A stretch of DNA of 64,000 nt from Mobula hypostoma (Eukaryota), in assembly GCF_963921235.1 (NCBI RefSeq), contig NC_086106.1:24676001-24740000 (forward strand). The letters run 5' to 3'. The notes beneath the pieces were generated by a model. It saw nothing but the letters and a program-made list of their open reading frames with translations. It was not told the DNA's origin and did no database searches. Below are positions 12,005 to 25,704 of this stretch, one piece after another. The translations under genes and the position numbers were made by a program. Position 1 is the first letter of the stretch; each line of letters starts with the position of its first letter.

Positions 12005-12590
12005 AACACAAAATAATCTGTAGATGCTGTTGTCAAAGGAACACTCACAATGCCCTAGAGGAACTCAGCAGGTCAGTCAGCATCAGTTGAAAAGATTAGT
12101 CGACGTTTCGGGAAGAAACCCTTCGTCAGAAATGAAGGAAGAACTTTGGGGAGGGTTTGAAGTATGCTGGTAGTTAAAAAAAAACAGTAATTTGAAAGAC
12201 AAAAAGGTGGGGGAGGGGAAGCATGGAGGAGATTGGCAGGAGAACAATGCGCAGTAGTAGAAGGAGGCGGAACTCTGAGGGGGGTGATGTGAAAGAGGGA
12301 TAGAGGAAGGGATGGGGGGGGTATTAGCAGAAGTTGGAGAAATCTATGTCCATACCAAGGGGCTGAAGACTATGTAAACGGTATGTGAGGTGTTACCGGA
12401 AACCCGACGTACATTGGGAGACCGCTTCGTCGAGCACCTCCACTCCGTCCACCACAACAGACAGGATCTCCCGGCAGCCATCCACTTCAACTCTGCTTCC
12501 CATTTCCATACAAATATATCCATACATGGCCTCCTCTACTCCCATGATGAGGCTAAACTCAAGTTGGAGGTGGGGATTTCGGTTTCAGTT
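12005..12590. mobile_element. Second Penelope-like family remnant: inverted 3' end (minus, ~12005-12395) joined to a forward GIY-YIG fragment
   Basis: ORF 12390 (ETRRTLGDRFVEHLHSV..IHGLLY); minus-strand hammerhead-bearing 3' UTR. Confidence 0.75.
12098..12133 (-). ncRNA. Hammerhead-like motif, degraded stem I
   Basis: Minus strand: CTGACGA AGGG tttctt CCC GAAA CGTC GACT. Confidence 0.6.
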
Positions 12591-13336
12591 ATTCAACTCA
12601 CAGTCATTCTTTGGGACACCCCTGTTTTCCTGGACGCTTGCGAAGAAAATAATTTCAGAATGTATAATGTATATATTAATCTGCCATTAAATGAACCTTT
12701 AAAACATTTGACAATTAATTCTGAGCAGCGTTGACGCCATGAGTCTTAATTGAGTGGAGCATTGTATTTGCATTTACATGTCTTACAGTAGGAGCCTGTA
12801 AGCAACTTAATAATCACGTTTTAGCTTGTATTAAATTTATCCAAAGTACTGAACATTTTGGATGAAATCACAGCGCTTACCAGCTGAAATTGCCTTACTG
12901 GATATGCACGAACATTGTTATTAATATCTCAGTTGAACGTAAACTGTATTTTAACATTTCACGGCTAGTAATCTCAAATATCCTAAAATAGCCCCGTACG
13001 TATTCTGTCCTTCAATTGCAAATTTTGCCCTATCATCAGAAGACACTGCACTTCTCCTTACGATGAATTCGACTACACATCTTCGCCTCGCAGATTGCCC
13101 TGGTGCCTATACACTGAATAATGCCTGTGTGTTGCGACATGAATAGTAAGCACCTTTCAACCTAAATCAAACACCTTGTGCTGGAAAGCTATATTTTTGT
13201 GTTTTGGGAAAATAGGCAGTAAGTCATATTAAGGTTATCTTTCCAATCCTGGAAATAAAGATTAAAGACGGAGATTGTCGTCATTGTCTTAACTAAATAC
13301 CGGACTATATTTATTCAGATCCCATGTCTGCTGTGT

Positions 13337-13550
13337 AAACAACAGGAATTCTGCAGATGCTGTAAATGTAAGCAACACACATCAAAGTTGCTGGTGAACG
13401 CAGCAGGGCAGGCAGCACCTCTAGGAAGAGGTGCAGTCGACGTTTCAGGCAGGGACCCTTCGTCAGGACTCGGCCTGAAACGTCGACTGCACCTCTTCTT
13501 AGAGATGCTGCCTGGCTTGCTGCGTTCAGAAGCAACGTTGATGTGTGTTG
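13337..13550. mobile_element. 214-bp palindromic mini-Penelope with 16-bp TSD
   Basis: CCCATGTCTGCTGTGT at 13321-13336 and 13551-13566; inverted arms 13372-13450 and 13473-13551. Confidence 0.9.
13435..13470 (-). ncRNA. Minimal hammerhead ribozyme
   Basis: Minus strand: AGTC CTGACGA AGG gtccctg CCT GAAA CGTC GACT. Confidence 0.85.
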
Positions 13551-13959
13551 CCCATGTCTGCTGTGTTTGCCTCACTGAACAAGCAGATTTATCACCGTCT
13601 TCCATCCGACAGAGGCCTCTTTCTCCGGTCCAGTCATTACTAAGATGGGTTGTGTATTTCCCGCCCTTATATAAGGCCGACAAACTGCGCAGATTTGATC
13701 GTCGTAGCCGTTGTGCTCATACCTAAAGTGCGCTGCTCCTCGTTTAAACATTGTTTTGAATATCGAGGGTGTCCATATGCGATTAGTCCATGCAGTAGGT
13801 CCCAGGTGGTGAAAGTGAGCATTCTAATTTTGCATTTCTCTATCACAGAGTATTACTCCGACTGCAAAATTCGAGGCTAAAGGAAACACCATGAAATAGC
13901 GCTTTCCGAGGAACAATATATATTCTAGTAAACTCGACAAGAATTTAACAAAAAGCACC

Positions 13960-15060
13960 ATACTCCATACACCACACATCGCCCGAGTATATATCCCATT
14001 CAGGCGGGAATGGGGTGAGGTATAATCGTTTCTACTGTTGGTTCTTCAGACTCCACATGTCGCTGCAGAGCCCTCTTGGTATGTTTGCGGTCACGGTCAG
14101 GTACTGGGTCAAAACACACCTCTTGCCCCCGAGGTAGAAGGTAGTTCCGATAGAGAAAATCGACAGGCCCATCTCCATCCTCAGGTTTCACGGGGAAAAC
14201 TGGTACGTTTGGCACCTCACTTTCCACTACATAGGTCGTAGCCGTCAAGCGGTCTGACAAATTATGCCTTCCAGGTAGACACAAATTCTTTATGCGGTTT
14301 TAGTTTCCAGGTTTGAGCTCGGAGAGCGTAACCTTTTGGTCATACCTACTCCGATTTCCTTGCTTATGTTTGGTGCCCGCGATTTCAGCTAATCCCGAAA
14401 CATTTTACTGCTCCCTTGTTATATCAGTCACATACTTCTGCTGTCTTCGACGGTAGATGTTCCACGCCAGTCCCAAAACAGAGTTCAACCGAAAAACTCG
14501 GCTCGCGCCTAAACATCAGATAATATGGCCAGTACATTGTAGCCTCATTTTCTACACAGTCGTAGATGCGGACCAGATATCCAATACCGTGTTTCCACTT
14601 GTTCTTTTCGATTATCTTCAAGGTTTCGAACATGTCTAACAAGGACGTATTGCACCTCTCGTGCAAGGGAACAGCCGGCGAGATATAAGGCGTAGTCTTC
14701 GACTTCTCTTCTTCAAGCATACTCAGCTAGCTATGTAGGGCCCTACCGTGAAAATTCCGTCCTTGATCGACATGTTTCCGCCAGGGAATGCATTAATAAA
14801 TGAAATACTTCTCCTATAATACTTTGAGCACAGGTGACCCCCAATTATCCTTTCATATCTGGTGTAGTGATCCGTAATGACGAAGTCATTCGCAATGTTG
14901 CTGGCATATGGATCTATTGACAAAAGATCTATACACACCAGGTTAAGTGTTTCCGCACTCTTCATGTACGGCAACGGAACGGCCCTCGCCGGCAGTGTCT
15001 TCCTCCTTATTTTGAGATTATTTTACGTGCAACCGTCCACTAGAATATGCATCATAACCA
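13960..15060 (-). mobile_element. Gypsy-type LTR retrotransposon integrase remnant
   Basis: Fragments LNLVCIDLLSID..FVITDHYTRY (rve core), YLMFRREP, LSDRL..YVVES..VKPEDGDGPV..RNYLLP. Confidence 0.75.
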
Positions 15061-15083
15061 GAATATTAAGCATAAACAGGGTA

Positions 15084-15170
15084 ACATACATCAAAGTTGC
15101 TGGTGAACGCAGCAGGCCAGGCAGCATCTATAGGAAGAGGCGCAGTCGACGTTTCAGGCCGAGACCCTTC
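15084..15170 (-). mobile_element. 87-bp Penelope 3'-tip insertion with GGGTA TSD
   Basis: GGGTA at 15079-15083 and 15171-15175; element truncated inside the hammerhead; empty paralogous site at ~39913. Confidence 0.75.
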
Positions 15171-15563
15171 GGGTACTCAGTTGTGTAACTCTAATATGGT
15201 CACGTTTAACGCCTAATTCATTTGCTGTATATCTATTTACTCTGAAGCTGAAACTTTAGATTTGTCGTTTATACGGCAAATATGCCAAATAAATAGGTCC
15301 GGGCTTTTAGCAGACCACCACGAAAACTGTTGCAATAACAAATTTACGTGGCATCATAGCGAATTTTCCGCCGCTAGCATCAAATGGAAATGAACTAGTC
15401 GAACGCGTGAACGACCGTGCACAGAGAGAGGAATGCTTTCGAAATTCAATGACAATCAATGATACACCCCTTTGTCGCGAAGAGGAATCTTACAGTGGGA
15501 GAAATATCCGGAAACCAGCTGAGCTACTGTCGTGTCGATGGCCAGGAAATCAGCACAAACTTC

Positions 15564-16125
15564 TAGAAACCATAGGAACTACAGCACAGAAACAGGCCTT
15601 TTGGCCCTTCTTGGCTGTGCCGAACCATTTTCTGCTTGGTCCCACTGACCTGCACACTGACCATATCCGTCCATACACCTCAAATCCATGTATCTGTACA
15701 ATTTATTCTTAAATGTTAAAAAAAACACATTTACCACCTCGTCTGGCAGCTCATTCCATATCCCACCACTCTCTGTGTGAAGAAGCCCCCACCCCCTAAT
15801 GTTCCCTTTAAACTTTTCCACTGTCACACTCAACCAATGTCCTCAGTTTTTTTTTTTTTTTTTGCTCCCCTTGCCTCAGTGGAAAAAGCCTGCTTGCATT
15901 CACTCTATCTATACGCATCATGATTTTATATACCTCTATGAGATCACCCCTCATTCTTCTACGCTCCAGGGAATAAAGTCCTAACCTATTCAACCTTTCT
16001 CTGTAACTGAGTTTCTCAAGTCCCCGTAACATCCTTGTAAACCTTCTCTCCACTCTTTCAACCTTATTTATATCATTCCTGTAATTTGGTGACCAAAACT
16101 GAACACAATACTCCAGCGCAATCCT
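15564..16125 (-). mobile_element. CR1 3' fragment
   Basis: ORF 15808-16149 (LEYCVQFWSPNY..LGLYSLERRRMRGDLIEV) plus CR1 tail. Confidence 0.88.
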
Positions 16126-18166
16126 TGCGTTACCCTCGCAAAACGCCATGTCTAGCGTTAAGAATCTCTTAGCAGCATGAAACGACAGAGTTTACCACAG
16201 GCTTTCGATTTCAAATGTACTTTTTCATCTGAAATTCTGTACATTTCTCTACATCTTGAATGCTGAGCATTGATTCCATAATGTCAGCAGAGTAATGCAA
16301 TGAGGACATTGCTTATTGAAACGTCATTTTTAACATTTCAGTAATGGTCCACAAAATACCAGATACACAATATTATTCTGAAAGAGAGTGATGCTCCAGA
16401 GGGAACAAATGATTGAACAGTAAATCTCGCCAGACTGTCGGTTTAAGAATGGTTTTTGAATGTTGCTGAATATTCTCACGCTCATTGAGTCATGTTGAGT
16501 AATTTTTGCATTGTATTGTTATGTGGTCGGCAACAATGAATGCAACAAATGAGTCAGGGCTTTATAAAAACAAGCAGACATTGAATAAACTCTGCTCAAC
16601 AATAGCGAAAAGTATTGAAACGACTATATTAAGCGGAAGTCAACTGGTACACGGCATCACTGGAACAGTTCTTAAAAGGGTAAATGCAAAAACAGTAAAT
16701 TCGAACACAGTCTTAAAATGGCAAAATCGATGGTCCAAGTGATTTACACGGGTCGATAAGGAAAGACTTGTCTGGAAACTGATTTCTTCTAAGACATGGC
16801 GTTCCTACTGATTCTTCAAAAGATTCACAACGAAGGAAATAAAACGGTTTTAAGGAGTTGACCTTTTTCTAGCGAGTGAAACCTGTACAAAGTTTACTGC
16901 TCTTGCAGGAGTTATACAGATACAGTTCGCCATATTCTGAACGAATTCTCCATAACGTCGATCCTTCATTAAACCGCCGAACCTTATTCCGATCCTTCAG
17001 GTTCCGTCCTTTAGTAAGGTCTTCATTCTCCAATACCACTGTAAAGGTAAATGAAAGATACACCAACAAAAGTGGCAGCGATTGGCGATACTGCCGGCAC
17101 AATATTTCTGTACCTTACAATAGAAAGTAAAACTCCGTTTTAAAACGAAACAGCGTCATGAGACAAATACGCAGCATAACGGAGTAACTGACTACTAAAC
17201 CGACAATTCAACTGAAAATCTAATTGCTCCACACCAGGGGTCTCCCAGTTATACCTGTTGTGAACATGTCATCAACTGACCTCACACTGGCGGGAAAATG
17301 ACATCACACCACCATCAGAAGACCATTACACCATGGTCATAAGGTACTAAGTTACATCATTGTCATAAGAAACTCAATTACATCCTGGTCATAAGGCAGT
17401 CACAAGATACCCACGAGGTATGTATTGTTAGAAACGGAATTACTTATTTAGTTATGTGTTTGTTTGGGTATTTATTCCTATCTCATTGCCTACAGAACTG
17501 TATATCTAGTTGTTTGTCTGCGCTATCATTTGTTTACTTATCTTTAAATAGCTTCATAATTAAAAAACCAAGGTCGACGTGGCAGATAGAAGTCATTTGA
17601 TTACCTGAACATTTTGCTGACAATTAACGTGCAGGTATTTTCCAGCTGATCGATAGATTTTGCTATATATATATATGTACATGGGGCAGGCGGGAGACAA
17701 CAGGGAAAGAAATGTAAGCTTGGTCCATTTAGATGTAAAATAAATAATTGATTCTAAACCGAGGAAAATCAATCATTTCCCTATTGACTTGAGTTCACGA
17801 TGATTTCATTTGGGACGCTACCATGTACTGACAAAAAGATGATCGTTCCCCCCCCCCCCACCCCGCGTGTTCGTTATTATAGCTAATAATGGATGAAGGA
17901 GGACACAATTTCTCGAAATTTATCCACACATTAAATTTGCTTTCCTCTTTTCCTGAGTTATTGAGTTGGAATGCTTCGTCACAACAGAAAATGAAACAGT
18001 CACGAATCCCACGGGTATTTACTCTATATTTATGTATTTATTCATTTATTTATTTTTCTTTTTCTACATCTGCCGGAATTTATTTCCTGCCTCAGACAAA
18101 ATATGAAACCGGTGATTAAAATTGCCCCAGCATCGCGTTAGGCGACATTATTGGAGCGAAAACAAC

Positions 18167-21100
18167 ATACCTCACCGTGCTAAAAAGCGGCCAGTGAGTG
18201 AGTGGGCCAGTGAAAGAGTGGAGCTTTGAGTATGTCACTTGACGGGCTTCGACGAGAAGAGGCGGAGGACAAGCTTGCCGCAGTTAGTCTTTACAGTGTG
18301 TCCTGAGATGAAGATGTGCCTCTCATGTGCAATGTGGCAGTCTTGGGGGAACTCCCCGCTCCCGCAGAGTCATATCTGCCAGACGTGCATACGGCTGGGC
18401 GATCCGGAAGACCGTGTAAGGAATCTGTAGCAGCAGTTGGATGATATTCGACGCATAACGGAGAATGAGGCAGTCATAGATGAGAGCTACAGGGAGGTAG
18501 TCACACCTAGGCTGTCGGAAGCAGGTCGTTGGGTGACAGTCAGAGGGGGTCAAGCGAGGTTGAGCAGACAGGTAGTTCAGAGCACCCCTGTTGCCATTCC
18601 CCTGAATAACAAGTTTACCGTCCTGGATACTGGTGGCGGGGAAGACCGACCAGGTGTAAGGCACGCTGGCAGGGCATCCAGCACTGAGCCTGACCGGTGA
18701 TGCAGAAGTGTGGGATGTAAAAGAGGAAAACTGTCGTCATTGGAGACTCTATAGTCAGGGGAGCAGACAGGAGGTTTTGTGGACATGAGAAGGACACCCG
18801 CATGTTTTTTTTCCTCCCCGGTGCCTGGGTCCAGGATGTCTCTGACAGGGTGCACGACATCAGGGTACGAAAGGGAAAGCAACCAGAAGTCGTGATACAT
18901 GTTGGGACCAACGGCATAGGCAGGAAGAAGGATGATGTCCTGAAGTGTGAGTTTCGGGAACTTGGCAGAAGTCTGAAGAACAGGACCTCAAGGGTGGCTT
19001 TCTCAGGATTGCTGCCAATGCTACACGACATCGATGGTAAGAATTGGAGGAGATGACAGTTGAATGCGTGGCTGAGTTGTTGGTGCAGTGAGCAGGGTTT
19101 TAGATTTTTGGAACATTAGGATCTCTTCTGGGGAAGGTGGGACTTGTACAGATTGGATGGGTTGCACCTGAACTCGAGGGGAGCAATATCCTTGCAGGTA
19201 GGTTCGCTGGCATGACTTGGGAGGGTTTAAACTAATTTGCAAGGGGGATGGGACCCAAAGCGATACAGCAGGAAAAGAAGTGCATGGAGTAAAGCCAGAT
19301 GTAACATATGGAGAAGCTTTGAGGAAAGAGAAGCAGAATAAACGGTGTAAAGGCAGTAAGGTAGAAGGACTGACATGTGTGTACCTCAATGCAAGAAGCA
19401 TCAAAAACAATGATGATGAACTGAGATCTTGGATACAGACATGGAATTATGATGTAGTGGTTCTTACAGAGATTTGGCTGGCACCAGTGCAGGAATGGAT
19501 TGTCAATATTCCTGGATTTCAATGCTTAAAAAGGGATAGAGTGGGCGGAAAAAAAGGGGAGGAGGGGTGGCATTACTGATCAGGGTTACTAGTACAGCTA
19601 CAGAAAGGCTGGGTAATGTAGCAGGATCCTCTTTGGAGTCAGTATGTGTGGAGGTCAGGAACAGGAAAGGAGCAGTTACGCTATTGGGGATATTCTGTAG
19701 GCCCCCTGGTAGCAGCAGAGATACAGGGGAGCAGATTGGGACGCAGATTTTGGAAAGGTGCAAAAATAACTGGGTTGTTATCATGGTTGACTTTAACTTC
19801 CCTAATATTGATTGGCACCTGATTAATTCCAAAGGTTTAGGTGGGGCAGAGTTTTTAAGTGTATCCAGGACGGATTCCTGTCACAGTATGTGGACAGGCC
19901 GACAAGGGGGAAAGCCATACTAGATCCAGTACTCGGTAATGAACCGGGTCAGATCAGAGATCTCGCAATGGATGAGCATCTGGGGTACAGTGACCACAGC
20001 TCCTGGCCTTTAACATTATCATGGAAAAGGATAGAATCAGAGTGGACAGGAAATATTTTTTAATTGGGGAAGGGTATTCTGAGGCTATAAAGCTAGAACT
20101 GGCGAGTGTGAATTGGGATGATGTTTTTGCGGGAAAATGTACTATGGACATGTGGTGGATGTTTAGAGGCCCCTTGCAGGGTGTTAGGGATAAATTTGTG
20201 CGGTTGAAGAAGATGAAGAATGGTAGGGTGAAGGAACTATGGGTGAGAAGTGGGGTGGAAAATCTGGACAGGTGGGAGAAGGCAGCTACATGAGGTTTAC
20301 AAAGCAAGGTTCAGATGGGTCTATTGAGCAAAATAGGGTAGCAAGAATGGAGCTTAAGAAGCGGTTGAGAAGAGAAAGAAGGGGGCATGAGAAGGCCTTG
20401 GCGAGGAGGGTAAAGAAAAACCCCAAGGCATTCTTCAATTATGTGAAGAAAAAAAGGATGACAGGAGTTAAGGTAGGACCGGTAAGAGATAAATGTGGGA
20501 CAATGTGTCTGGAGGCCGTGGAAGTGTTTGAGGTCCTCAATGAATACTTCTCTTCGGTATTCACCAATCAGAGGGAACTTGATGATGGTGACAATATGAG
20601 TGAGGTTGATGTTCTGGCGCAAGTTGATATTAAGGGACAGGAGGTGTTTGAGTTTTTAAAATGCATTAGGACGGACAAGTCCCTGGGGCCTGAAGGAATA
20701 TTCCCCAGGCTGCTCTACGAGCGGCTGAAGAGATTGTCATGACTCTGGTTAGGATCTTTATGTCCTCGTTGTCCAGGGGAATGTTACCGGAGGATGGGAA
20801 GGAGGCTAATTTTGTCCCCTTGTTCAAGAAAGGTAGAAGGGATAGTCCGAGTAATTATAGACCGGTGAACCTTCCGTCTGTGGTGGGAAAGCTGTTGGTT
20901 AAGATTCTTAGAGATAGGATCTCTGGGCATTTAGAGAATAATGGTCCAACCAGGGACAGTCAGCAAGGTTTTGTGAAGGGCATATTGTGCCTAACAAGCC
21001 TGATAGAGTTCTCTGAGGAAGTGACTAGGGATATAGCTGAGAGTAGTGCAGTGGATGTAATCTATATGGATTTTAGTAAGGCATTTGACAAGGTTGCACA

Positions 21101-22217
21101 CGGTAGGCTTATTCAGAAAGTCAGAAGGCATGGGATCCAGGGAAGTTTGGTAAGGTGGATTCAGAATTGACTTGCCTGCAGAAGGCAGAGGGTTGTGGTG
21201 GAGGGAGTATATTCAGATTGGTCAATTGTGACTAGTGGTATCCTACAAGGATCTGTTCTGGGACCTCTACTTTTCGTGATTTTTATTAAGGACTTGGATG
21301 TTGGGGTAGAAGGGAGGGTTGGCAAGTTTGCGGACGACACAAAGGTTGGTGGTGTTGTAGATAGTGTAGAGGATTGTCCCAAGATTGCAGAGAGACATTG
21401 ATAGGATACAGAAGTGGGCTGAAAAGTGGCAAATGGAGTTCAACCCGGAAAAGTGTGAGGTGGTACACTTTTGAAAGGCAAACTCCAAGGCAGAGTACAA
21501 AGTAAATGGCAGGATACTTGGTAGTGTGGAGGAGCAGAGGGATCTGGGAGTACATGGCCATAGATCCCTGAAAGTTGCCTCACAGCTGAATCGGGTAGTT
21601 AAGAAAGCTTATGGGGTGTTAACTTTCATAAGTCGAGGGATAGAGTTTAAGATTCGCGATGTGATGATGCACTTCTATAAAACTCTGGTTAGGCAGCACA
21701 TGGAGTATTGTGTCCTTTGCTGGTCGGCTCACTATAGGGAAGATGTGAAAGCATTGGAAAGGGTACAGAGGAGATTGACTAGGATGCTGCCTGGTTTAGA
21801 GAGTATGCATTATGATCAGAGATTAAGGGAGCTAGGGCTTTACTCATTGAAAGAAAGAGGATGAGAGGAGACTTGATAGAGGTGTATTAGATCATAAGAG
21901 GAATAGAAAGAGTGGATAGCCTGCGCCTCTTCCCCAGGCAATACTGCTCAGTACAAGAGGACATGGCTTTAAGGTAAGGGGTGGGAAGTTCAAGGGGGAT
22001 TTTTTTTTTTTTTTTCTCAGTGAGTGGTTGGTGCGTGGAATGCACTGCCTGAGTCAGTGGTGGAGACAGACACACTGGTGAAGTTTACGACACTACTAGA
22101 CAGGTATATGGAGGAGTTTAAGTTGGGGGATTATATGGGAGGCTGGTTTTGAGTGTCGGCACAACATTGTGGGCCGAAAGGCCTGTACTGTGCTGTACAA
22201 TTCTATGTTCTATGTTC
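18167..22217 (+). mobile_element. Full-length degraded CR1 LINE (ORF1 zinc-finger/SGNH esterase ~18300-19250; ORF2 ~19360-22120)
   Basis: ORF1 CLSC..HICQTC and GDSIVRG-type esterase; ORF2 APE and RT fragments; (TTCTATG)n tail; empty paralogous site at ~45663-45705. Confidence 0.92.
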
Positions 22218-24634
22218 AACCATTCTCACAAGGCCTGATCATATACGATTAAGTTCAGTGTATTAGTTATTGTTCTGTTTATTCTGCATAGCTCTTTAAC
22301 AATTATTTTTAAGTCATGGTTGTCCGTTGCACTCTGGTCACTCACTCTGCAGTTTACACTGGTTCGTAACAGTTTGGAACTGATTATTGGCACGAACTCA
22401 TCTTCTCTGTGCACAGATGCTGTTTGTTCTTGTGGATGTTAGTTTCGCGTTCTCATTCATTTGTGAAATTAAGGACGTGGTATGTCGCCTTTCTCATGGG
22501 TAAACATGAATGTGTATAGTGCCACTGACTTTGAACGTGTATTAATCGTGACCATGCAGTGTTCTTCTACGCAATGTTATTTAATGTTGTACAGACTCAC
22601 TCCATATTACAGCAGCAACTTTGATACTGGGCCCGGCGACTGTTTTCTCTGTAGTCGTCTGCCAAACTCCATAACATTAACTGAGCAATTTATAGCATTC
22701 ACGAAGTTCATATAGGCAGCTGCAGAAGTAGTAGAAGACATTGGACATAAAACCACGTCATGCTAGAGCAGGTGCTGATGTATTAGAATACGTGATTGGA
22801 CAAACTATTTTTATTCCCATGATAGAAAGTGCGATATACAGCATTGTCTGTCCTCGCAATGAGTAGCATAAACTGAGTTAATTTGCAACATCATGCATAC
22901 AATAAATGTTAATTTATTATAAACGAGGGGTAATGACTCTCATATATGTCATATTATTGTTATTTTATATTACCTCATTCCCTTATATTACAGATTAGAT
23001 TATATATTAAACAGCCCATTTTGCAGTACCAAGAACTGCTGTCAGGTTACCACAACAGCTTGACCCCACCCCCTTCTACGTCTGTTTCATTTCTACGTCT
23101 AATACACAGTATGAGATCGGCGTTCAATGAGAAATTATTCCAAATTCAGGTGCAAAATTTCTGAATCAGAATATGATGATGTGTGTACACTGTAACACAA
23201 GGGATGTGATCTGCACTTTCTAAACCATGCTTTCGAGAAGGTTAGAGTCTGAGCACATCGTCTGTTTGGAAGCATCGTCAGGGGCTTACAATCCAGGATT
23301 AGGTTCCATAAGATTAATTTTCCTTTTTTTTTCCCATTATGACTCTATTAATGGGGATATTGTTTACTTCTGATACCACAAGATTTTAATCATAATTAAA
23401 ATAATTAACCACTTTACTCTTGCCGATGATGAATGAAACATCCAAAATCCAATGCCAAAGCCCCTCGTTCCACTGTCCCAATATGCGAGACGTGCTTTTT
23501 GATTTCTGTGACTGTAAGTCATTAATCAAAGCATGCGGCAAATGTTCACGCGGATAGTACTACAAGATATCCTGATGAATAACCGCAAAAAAAGTGTTTT
23601 TATTTGTTTATTTCTGAGATTCTAACTCAGAAAATAGGTGACTGTCAAATTCATTTAAATTAGGCGGGAAATTTGCTGACTAATCTCAACATTCTGGAAA
23701 GGAGGCAATTTTTTTTCATATACTGACATTACTATCTACGTGTATCCATTGATCCATTATATCGATCAGCTAGATCATCGAGAGTTTTCAGCTCAGTTTT
23801 ACGAAAAGAAAGCTCTGAATCAAAAGCGAGATTCTCGTTTGTCTGCAGTTAATAAGGTAAATTGATGATTTTCATTTCACATGAGAATTATTAAAGACGA
23901 AAACTTTGGGAGCACCCAGCTGGCGAGGAACTTCTCCAAAAATCAATGAATGAACAGTCGAAATGAGCGAACTTAATCTTTGTTGTCAACTGGTGGAATA
24001 TAACTTCCTTGCTCCTGGCGATGTTACATGAACTTCCTTCATGTAACAAAAGCCTATACACAAACAATTACTGCTTCCAAATGTCTAATTAATTGGTAAG
24101 TCATTCAAAGAAAAGCTACTTTCATAGTTTGCATGTGAAAACGTCAAAATACCGTGCGCTGCGCAGCGTGCTCATTTCTTTATTTCAGATCAATTCTGCT
24201 GTCTCAATTCTGCCAGAAATGCACATCAGAGTAGATTAAATACTGTTATTGCATCTTTTGCCGCACCCACAATTGGTTACACTCCCATTTATTCTGCTCT
24301 GATTCTCTGCGTCGATGAGCAAGCGCAATTTGTTGACAGTCTTTTCCACGAGAATTGCCGGCTGCCACGCATTCCTCACCCTTTGCGTGGCGCGGCGCTG
24401 TTCTGTCAGCTCATAAAGTGTTTGACTCCTTTGTTGCGCACTTTTGCGAAGGCCTTGGCAAAATTTCATTTCCTGCACTGCGTCTGAACGCCTTTTTCTA
24501 TTGTGTCTTTAGAGATTCAACACCATGCTCTGCCTGATGTGATTGGTCGGTTTGGACAAGGGCATGTGTATTTATCCTCTGGCAATGAGTCTCCACTCTG
24601 TGGTCACTGGAGTACAGAGTCAAACAGAGTGATT

Positions 24635-25108
24635 ATGAAGACCTGTCTCACGCCGCTCCTCATTATTGTGTTTCTTCTGGGTAAGATGTTCCTTCACTGT
24701 AATATTTGAGACCTCCCCGTTTTCTGTAAACACGTTTTATTGTCAATTTACGTAACCGTGTCGTTCGACCTAGAACTTATGATCTACTATTTATTTTACT
24801 GTTAGATTGGAGCCTTCAAGACTCAGTGGAACAGTCACTGGATGCAGTGACGACCGAAAAAGAAAGTAATGTTACCCTAAACTGTACTTTACAAACAAAT
24901 GCTGCATTCCCGAATGTTTTCTGGTACAGACACCGCCCCAGACAGCGACCACAGTATTTGATTCGGATCATTGGAAGGACAGTAAACAGACATGAAGATG
25001 TAACCAATCGATTAAATGCTTCCTATGATAACAGTAAAAAATATTCCGAACTCTCGATTAAGAACGCCGCAGTCTCTGACTCAGCCACGTAGCTCTGCGC
25101 GATGAGCA
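24635..25108 (+). pseudogene. TCR alpha/delta-type V segment V2 (leader 24635-24680, V exon 24806-25108) with one nonsense codon
   Basis: MKTCLTPLLIIVFLL|DWSLQDSVEQ..TLNC..FWYRH..DSAT*LCAMS; TAG at 25090-25092 replaces the Tyr of the YxC motif; GT/AG intact. Confidence 0.93.
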
Positions 25109-25147
25109 CACAGTGTTGACAAAACTTAATTATCTCGAACAAAAAAC
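25109..25147 (+). other. 23-RSS of V2
   Basis: CACAGTG, 23 nt, ACAAAAAAC. Confidence 0.92.
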
Positions 25148-25704
25148 CCACTTCCACAGTTTCTTCGAGAGCTCGATAGAGGGCGAACATATCAAGGTAA
25201 ACGTAAATGCTACATGAAGTCTAAAGGATTAGTCCCATGATTTCATATGATGTCACAGCAAGCATCTATCACCAGTGATGTACCCAATTGGCATTTGCAA
25301 TGGATGTTTATTTTTCTTGCGACAGCTGTAACTTTGATTGAAGCCACTTCATCTTCAGTGATTCCTATGTGTTACTTAATTTCTCTGAATGTTAGCCATT
25401 TCCCATTGGAAGCTAGCACAATCATCAGTCCAGATGCACGATTCCTTTCTAGGGGTCCTTTGACATAGAAAGGGACCAAACGTTGCCACAAGATCGCACA
25501 TGTCCCAATCGACATTATACTTAAAATTCTGGAGAAGCCATCGTTTAGTGAAAGCACTCAGATGCAATGATGTGGCTTTTGATTTCAGTCAAAGATTCAA
25601 TCGAACTTTGCGAGACTGTTGTGCTGAATGTGGTGTTTTTTTTTCATTACCACGCGAGACGCTTACCGATTTAAACGCCAGCGTCAGATTTTTTCCGACA
25701 TAAA

